From Macrostomum hystrix (taxonomy: Eukaryota > Animalia > Platyhelminthes), in the NCBI GenBank assembly GCA_950097015.1, contig CATNEN010000038.1, forward strand, positions 24,676,001-24,740,000: a DNA stretch of 64,000 bases. Direction: 5' to 3'. Both the position numbers and the translations under genes were made by a program. This document shows, piece by piece, positions 57,303 through 64,000 of the stretch. The notes beneath the pieces are model-generated. The model ran no database searches, had not been told where the DNA came from, and saw nothing but the letters and a program-made list of their open reading frames with translations. Every line of letters starts with the position of its first letter. Within the stretch, counting starts at the first letter, position 1.

Positions 57303-59317
57303 ATGAGAGCAAGCCACAGCAAGTGCCGGGCACTGTACAGTTTAGCGAGAGGTTATCGCCGGATCAGCAGCGGCTGCGCAGTTCGCAATTCTGCTAATAA
57401 TCTCACGGGGGAATTGGAACTGTCCACTGGACTGTTTGGCCTGTTGCGCATCGTGTCTCGACAGTGTCCAGTTGAGATTGTCTCTCTGGATCCCAGAGTG
57501 CACCGAGATATCGGGAAGGTGTTGATACCGAGAGCTTGTAGTGATGAGAACAGCGCTGCTGCTGCTTCAGCTGTCGCTAGACAGACAGGGGAGCGAGAAT
57601 GGCTGATTGAGTCGGTTGTATCAGCTAAATCAGCGGATGAAAATATTAACCAGGAAGGGAGTCCGTTACCTTCATTGAAAGCTTTGGCAAGTATAAAAAT
57701 TTTATTTGTATTTCCTGCAACGCATTCCTCGCATCGCTGAAAAGCAGGTGGGGGCTGCTCGTTGAACGAGTAAACAGCCCGACAGGCCGGCACCCCAAAC
57801 CAGCCTGGAGCAAAAGAAAGAACAGTCGCTAGCGGCATGCCATCTTAAGGACAAAGGGTGCCACCTTTCCTCCAGTCGTAGCCAGAGGTACTTAGAACAC
57901 CAGTTGGGGTTTTTCAGGGGCTCTCGTACCCAATTTGGCCCGAGGCCTTTATGGGTCGCCCAGCGCTGTTGCCCAATCTGTCGGGCTGCCCTATTGTCAG
58001 CCTTGAACACTCGCGGGACGTGTACCCATGGGTCAGCTGGTCAAAAATTGACTGCAGGCGTGACCTTAGCTCGTAGACCTGCAATGCACACTGCCTGACG
58101 ATAAGGAAGTATGGTCAGCGGAATAAATAATTTTTTTTTCTCCACAACCCCCTTAAAAAACCTATCAAGATTTATTGAGCTCATTAAAAGTCAATAAAAA
58201 ATCCAAATCGCAGATCCCAATCCCAATGGACCTGAGCGTTACCACTGATCACACCGACGGGTGTTCAGTATCTGTTGTTGAAAATCGACGCATCGATTTC
58301 ACTTCAACCTCCGACTCCGCTGTTGACTTTCGATTGGATCGGGTAAAAACTGCCGAACTCAATTTGTCAGCTGGCGATGGATCTGCCAGTTTAAATCTGA
58401 ACAAGTCTCTGCTGCAGAGCCTCACTGCCAGAGCGGCTCACGGCCTCATTGTGCAATCAGGAGCAATGTACCAGGTACCAGAAATACCTGAAATCTGACG
58501 GTACAGATAGGACAGGGAGGGATGAGGCAGGCTAGAGATTAGACAGGGGAGAAGACATAAAACTGGCAAGAGTCTCGCTGTTAGGCATTTCGAGTGTTAT
58601 AAAAAACATTGGGATACCTATCTATGTGTTATTATTGCCATTTTGTATCAAACTAACGGCCCCCTAATCCAGGGCGGAACCCTCGACCTAGAAAACAGCG
58701 GTGGCAACGCCGGTGTCTCGCTGAATGCCAACGCAATCTACTGTCGCAGCTGCAGCATGAGCAGCCGAGGCGACGAAGGCGGCGGCGTACACCTGAGATG
58801 CGGCAGTGCTCACGGTCGGTTTGCTCTTTCGTCGGACTCTCGCCAGCCAAGCCAGGTGTCAGTAGAAAGCCTGGAGGGCAGTCTATCAGCTAGGCTTCTG
58901 TACGGCAATATCAGATTGCACCTGACTAAACCCGACCAGATCGATATTCAATTGGGAGAAGGCAACTTGGATTTGAGTCTCCAATCGCCTGCTGATTCAG
59001 ATTCACTGGAAAACAATCAAGCTACTCATAGAAATCATCGGCTATTGTTGGACATAACAGCGACAGAGATCGATATTGACGGCGAAGAATTGTCCTCCAG
59101 TCTGGCAGATTTATGCTTTCCTATAGGGCCGCATTCGGTTAGACTCGTGGCCGAGGTGCCCTGTCCGGATAAGCGAAGTGCCAGCGGCGAGGAGGGCAGC
59201 AGCAGCAACAGCTGCTGCTCTGTCCATGTGCGGTCTGGTCGTGTCAAACTCAGTCAACGCGGAGCCAGCGGACTATTTGCTTGGCTCAGTTCCAGGGGGA
59301 TTGACTCTGGAGCTTAA
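57303..59317 (+). CDS. FAM185A: FAM185A-like protein (DUF4097/adhesin beta-repeat, mitochondrial-type presequence); exons 57303-57686, 58214-58474, 58673-59317
   Basis: Arg/Ser-rich N-terminus; FGLLRIVSRQCPVEIVSLDP resembles the FAM185A N-terminal block; beta-strand repeats; first intron GC-AG. Confidence 0.75.
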
Positions 59318-59559
59318 AAGGGCCTGCTATTGAACTGTTTTAAATCATCGCTTCCAAAATGTTTTGTTGTATTTTTATTTTTCTGAATTACAAGTTTCAT
59401 TAAACTGAACTAGTTTTCTAGTAACTAGGCTTTCCTTTATGTCTTGTTTTTTAAGACTCTTGTGATTTGGGTATCTAGTAGTAATAATAGTAATAATAAT
59501 ATTCGCATGGGGCCGTGGTAACTAATAGTTTGGCGACAATCGATCCGAGCCAGCGAGAA

Positions 59560-59685
59560 TCGTGTACGCTCTCGCTGTGCCTAGGAGATTGGGCCTCAAG
59601 GGCGTAAATTGTACGCCGAGCCCCAAGCCTTCTCTCCGCGGCTGCGCCCCAGATGAATGTGGCCTCGCCGCGGAATCGAGCTCGT
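59560..59685 (-). mobile_element. SINE family A partial copy between FAM185A and PTRHD1
   Basis: CCAAGCCTTCTCTCCGCGGCTGCGCCCC...GGCCTCGCCGCGGAATCGAGCTC. Confidence 0.75.
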
Positions 59686-59777
59686 AGCTGAAGTGTGTAC
59701 AATCCTAGTGTACTAGTTAGCAATCCCTCAGCTATCCAAACTTATAGAAAATTAATTCGACGACAAATCACTTTCAG

Positions 59778-60149
59778 GCTTCAACAGCAGCCTCGAAGAA
59801 GCTGGTGCAGTACATTGTGGTGCGCCGCGACCTACTGGAGACCTTGAACTGGCCTGTCGGAGCCGTCATGGCCCAGGCCTGCCACGCCGCCACCGCCGCC
59901 ATCTGCCTATTCTACGGCAATGCGGACACGCAGGCTTACCTGGCCGATTTGGACCGAATGCACAAAGTAGTTCTTGCCGCCAACAGTGAGTCAGAGCTGG
60001 CCAACTTATCACACACACTAACTGCTCACAATATTGAGCACAAATTGTGGATTGAACAGCCCGAGAATTATCCTACAGCTTTGGCTGCTAGGCCATACGA
60101 AAAGGCCGAAGTGCAGGCCCTTTTCAAACAGTTTAAAATGTTCAAGTGA
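59778..60149 (+). CDS. PTRHD1: Putative peptidyl-tRNA hydrolase PTRHD1 (PTH2 family); no genomic ATG before the conserved core
   Basis: LVQYIVVRRDL...WPVGAVMAQACHA...MHKVVL...HKLWIEQPEN.PT.LA.RPY.K; frame begins at acceptor TTTCAG (59777). Confidence 0.92.
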   Translation, partial: ASTAASKKLVQYIVVRRDLLETLNWPVGAVMAQACHAATAAICLFYGNADTQAYLADLDRMHKVVLAANSESELANLSHTLTAHNIEHKLWIEQPENYPTALAARPYEKAEVQALFKQFKMFK

Positions 60150-60670
60150 AGCTTCTGCTGTGTTGGCTGAGAGATTAATATCTGGTAACTTGCAGTACAT
60201 CTTTATATTTTTAATTTTGACTCTATTATAAAATGTGTTTAAAATATACGATATACAAGCATTTCGTAGATTATTATACTGCTAACCGTGCCATGTCTTC
60301 TATTGTGCAAAGTTGAAAATGTTTTAAGTGTTTAGTTTTTTTTTATTTGGACAGATTAACAGCGTCATTCACACCTTGACAAAACCATGAAAACCAAAAA
60401 CGATGAAGATTAGTTTTCAGGACCGAGTTCCTGCAGTTCCTGGTTGTACTTTTAATTTTCAGGCTACACTGAAGCCTTCTGCCAAGTTTCTGCGAGCTTT
60501 AAGTCTATGGTCGTAATGGCGCCACCGCCCTGCATCTTCGGCACTGCCTGCATGGTCTTTTTAAACTGGCCTGCGCGCGATCAAAGTTCTTACAAGCAAT
60601 TTTTGTAATCTCAGCTATTGCTGAGGCACTGTTGCATTAAACGCAACTAGTGCAATCAATAAACGAAACA

Positions 60671-63600
60671 ATGGAAGCTGTAGAAAAAACTCCTCATCTG
60701 GGCCTCGATTCCAAGGACGAGGCGAAGCGAAACATTCTCTTAGAAACATTTGACAGCATTCGCGACGACCTGCGACGCGGCACGCACCTGTTTGCTCTAA
60801 AAGTTAGAGTTGTTTCGGGCCGGCAGATTCAGGGCACTAACATATCGCCCAAGGTTTGCATCTGTTTCAAATCACAGAAGCGATGGACTCAGCGAGAAAC
60901 CAACTCAACAAATGAGCCCTTCTGGGGAGAGAATTTCTATTTCAACTGCGTATCAGACGTCGAGGACCTGCTGAGAGAAAATGTGACCTTTCGAGTCGTG
61001 AACAGCAAAGTCTTTCGTAGAAACTTGGTCATCGGTGAGTTCCAGCTAAGCCTAGTTTTGGTTGCAGGTGAGAAGAACCGTTCAATGTTCAATCGCTGGT
61101 TGGCCCTGGTTGATCCGATAGATCCCAGTACAGTGTGCAAAGGATTTCTTAAAGTTTGCGTGGCTCTCATTTTTCCAAACGAGCGAGAAGTTCAGTGGCC
61201 AGACCCATTGGCCTTTAATTCTGTCAAGGAAGACACCGAGGACAGCGTACTAACCTGCTCTGGCCACTTGTTTCTAAAGATGACGTTTGTTTTGGCAGTC
61301 TACCTCATGCAAGACATACCTAGGTTTGACGCAAAAGGATGCAAAGTTTCGAATGTAGCAATCGCCCTGTCATTCGCTGGCAATACTGTTATGTCAGAGC
61401 CGCTTTCCCTACCTGAGGATGTTGTGTCCGAGCCGTACCTGATTAAGAAAGAGCTTCAGCTAACAGTTTCGTGGCCTTCAATGTGCGACAAGCTAGTACT
61501 AACCCTGTTTTCTGTGAATGGGAGGCAGCACTGGCCGTTGTGTTGTCACCTTTTCCTGATTCGAGACATTTCTGTAGAGAGTTCAAGCTCTCTAAAACAA
61601 CAGGTGCAGGCCGCTGCGCCTTCAAATGTAACGCAACTCGAACTAGAGAAAAAAGCCATAGAAGGCACTCGAATGCAAAAGGCTTCAGATGCCGCTCAAG
61701 GCAAAAAACCAATGAGCAGCAATACCAAGAAAGATTCGAAAAAGGAAGGCTTCATGCCAATGATTGGTCCGTGCTTTGTGAACATGTATGGCGCACCCTT
61801 GGACCTGATGGAGGACAGAGTCGAGGCAGGCTACATTGAGAGCATGAATTCCGGCGCGATCGAGGCGTGCGCCTACAGGGGTCGCGTGTTTGTTCGCCTA
61901 AGAAGCCGTTTCTGCGAGGCGAACAGCGAGAATGCCGAAGTCAAGGACCTTGTAATCGGAACCAAGGAGCAGAGAGACCTACTATTATTTGCTAAATCCA
62001 ACACTTTTCTATTATTCGGAATGATCAGCTCTGTGCCGATGATTAGCGACGCCAAAAGTGGGATGCAATTTGAGGTATCAATTGGTCACAATGGTCTCAA
62101 CAGCCTGAGCAGCGTGACAAATGCGCAGCCATTTCCTTCAACTTCGTTCTGTGCTAATCCGAAAGAGATTCTGAAAACTCAGCGCATTCTCAGTGGACAC
62201 TCTTACTCAACTGTAAAACTAGATAATGGCAAACCTGCCTTTCTAGTCGAGAGCATCTGGGAAGATATTCGCTATCGTATTCACTTCTACAATTTCATTG
62301 CTCTCCTAGAAAGCAAGTGGGAGAAGAAGAAGAACCCGATATTAATGAGCTACAAGCTTGGCTTGTCAAGAGTTCGAACACTGACCACGATTCGCGACCT
62401 GTGCCACGAGCTGACTCAGTGCATTGAACGGACACCGATTCCTTTCAGTTCGCCCAATGAAGCTGGAATGAATGACATGGACAAGCAGTGGAAAGAAGTT
62501 CGAATGCACCAGCTCGAAGGTATATCAAAGAAGCTCACAGCTATGCGCAAGCGAGCAGCAGCATATTTGAATGCCGATACCAGCGTCTCCGAGAAGGCTA
62601 GAGCTGCCCGGGTATTGTGCGAGAGGCTATCAGATATTTCTCTTCTATTCGACAATATTAAGAAGGAGCCGCAGCTCAGCATTCCTGACGTCTTCGTCTA
62701 CTTGTTGGTGAATAACGAGCGTCGAGCTTATGCTCGTCTGCCAATATCCAGCATCTACTACTGTCAGGCGGATGCTGTCCACGGTCATCCAGTTGATGCC
62801 CTCGACAAAAATGAGGACGGATTCACGCGCTATCGAGGCTTACTTACGAATCGAATGATGACGGTCTTTCTGAAAATGATACCCGGCCTGCGTGACATAA
62901 ATGAAGACGAATTCTGGCCACTTCCTGGTTTGATTCGCATGAAGCTATTGTTTGGTTTGTCTTCAACTATGCGCAATGGCATTCTACCGCCTGTCGATTA
63001 CTATGGTGTTATCTACGAGTACACCAAGCTAGGTGGCGGTGTGATAGAATCGGTATGTGCCGGCGGTCAGAATAAGGACTCGGTTAATTTCAAAACCGAC
63101 TCCTCTGGCATCAATGTTGTCGAATCATCATGCAGCATGCTCAAACCTAAGCCTACTACAGACCGCGACAATTCAACTTGGCGATGGAGGGGCAACTGGT
63201 CAACGTGGCTTGACAACTCTGTTGTGGTCAATTCGACTGCCGAGACCGCCTTCGACTTTGTCTACATGGTGCACGTGCGCGAAAAAGCGCAGCAAAAGGA
63301 CAGCTCACCCGAGTGGAAGTTCATCGGCTACTTCACTGAGGACATGGATCGCATTGTTGCTGCTGGCAACAAGTTAGACAAAAACTTTGCAATGGACACT
63401 AAAAAGTGGGTAGTGATTCCCACGAAGAATCATATGACTGGTCAGGAGCTTGCCTGGATAGAAGTCACTGGCTCTGATGAGTACTCAAAGGACATTCGCT
63501 TCTCCGAGAAGGACATTACAACAACCGTGCGATTAGACAGCAACTTTTATAGAAAACTACTTCAGAGAAAGCGCAGGCGAAGCGACATGGTTTTTACAGA

Positions 63601-64000
63601 GACTATCACACTGACGTACAGCAAGCAGCGCAATGGCAGTTGGAACGTGTCTCGAATATGCCGCTTTGACGGCCGACAAAACATCATGGATCTAGACAAA
63701 AACGCCATTCGTTGTTGGACCCAGATGCAGAATCTGACACCAATGTCCATAGATCTGCCTGATGGGCAGAGCGTGGACGATGTGCTATCAACTGGCGGTG
63801 ATGACGGGCATAAACATGACTCTACTCCCAAATTGAAAACCTTCATCTGGATCGATGACTGGCAACAGCTTATTCTGCCATTGATTACGGAAGATCGCTT
63901 TGTTGATGTGGTTTTCGAACGACGTAAGATAGTTTGTGACATTATAAACACAGAACAAGACGCGACGGAACACATCAGTGACAACATGCAACACTGGGCA
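60671..64000 (+). CDS. Ferlin-family protein (C2 domains, FerA/FerB, DysF-like), intronless within the window, 3' partial
   Basis: I translated it by hand: 1110 codons with no stop to the window end. Motifs VRVVSGRQIQG, NEPFWGENFYFN, IGEFQL, RWLALVDP...KGFLKV, GFMPMIGPCFVNMYGAP, AYRGRV, QFEVSIG, WEDIRYR, EPQLSIPDVFV, WRWRGNW. Confidence 0.88.
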   Translation, partial: MEAVEKTPHLGLDSKDEAKRNILLETFDSIRDDLRRGTHLFALKVRVVSGRQIQGTNISPKVCICFKSQKRWTQRETNSTNEPFWGENFYFNCVSDVEDLLRENVTFRVVNSKVFRRNLVIGEFQLSLVLVAGEKNRSMFNRWLALVDPIDPSTVCKGFLKVCVALIFPNEREVQWPDPLAFNSVKEDTEDSVLTCSGHLFLKMTFVLAVYLMQDIPRFDAKGCKVSNVAIALSFAGNTVMSEPLSLPEDVVSEPYLIKKELQLTVSWPSMCDKLVLTLFSVNGRQHWPLCCHLFLIRDISVESSSSLKQQVQAAAPSNVTQLELEKKAIEGTRMQKASDAAQGKKPMSSNTKKDSKKEGFMPMIGPCFVNMYGAPLDLMEDRVEAGYIESMNSGAIEACAYRGRVFVRLRSRFCEANSENAEVKDLVIGTKEQRDLLLFAKSNTFLLFGMISSVPMISDAKSGMQFEVSIGHNGLNSLSSVTNAQPFPSTSFCANPKEILKTQRILSGHSYSTVKLDNGKPAFLVESIWEDIRYRIHFYNFIALLESKWEKKKNPILMSYKLGLSRVRTLTTIRDLCHELTQCIERTPIPFSSPNEAGMNDMDKQWKEVRMHQLEGISKKLTAMRKRAAAYLNADTSVSEKARAARVLCERLSDISLLFDNIKKEPQLSIPDVFVYLLVNNERRAYARLPISSIYYCQADAVHGHPVDALDKNEDGFTRYRGLLTNRMMTVFLKMIPGLRDINEDEFWPLPGLIRMKLLFGLSSTMRNGILPPVDYYGVIYEYTKLGGGVIESVCAGGQNKDSVNFKTDSSGINVVESSCSMLKPKPTTDRDNSTWRWRGNWSTWLDNSVVVNSTAETAFDFVYMVHVREKAQQKDSSPEWKFIGYFTEDMDRIVAAGNKLDKNFAMDTKKWVVIPTKNHMTGQELAWIEVTGSDEYSKDIRFSEKDITTTVRLDSNFYRKLLQRKRRRSDMVFTETITLTYSKQRNGSWNVSRICRFDGRQNIMDLDKNAIRCWTQMQNLTPMSIDLPDGQSVDDVLSTGGDDGHKHDSTPKLKTFIWIDDWQQLILPLITEDRFVDVVFERRKIVCDIINTEQDATEHISDNMQHWA

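Overview
Eukaryotic (invertebrate) genomic DNA. GC-rich, CAG-rich exons, introns packed with minisatellites and signs of spliced-leader trans-splicing suggest a free-living flatworm such as Macrostomum; this taxon call is inference. Bases 73-38065 (+) hold a complete T-type voltage-gated calcium channel gene (Cav3, EEDD filter, about 1,910-1,960 aa) whose exon phases I could chain end to end. It has a 9-kb U12-type AT-AC first intron, mutually exclusive domain II turret exons 12a/12b and a candidate cassette exon in the II-III linker. A convergent multi-exon AIP3-domain (SRCIN1/KIAA1217-like) gene lies on the minus strand (about 39351-46965). Next come an intronless secreted PAN + LamG-like gene and a tight same-strand cluster: Xi-class GST (YqjG/ECM4-like), FAM185A (with a GC-AG intron), PTRHD1 (no genomic ATG; it may take its start codon from a spliced leader) and a >1,100-codon intronless ferlin ORF that runs off the window and is missing from the ORF track. 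Introns carry an internally deleted mariner, about 10 copies of a tRNA-derived SINE and more than 20 distinct minisatellites with shared cores and non-random polarity relative to splice sites.
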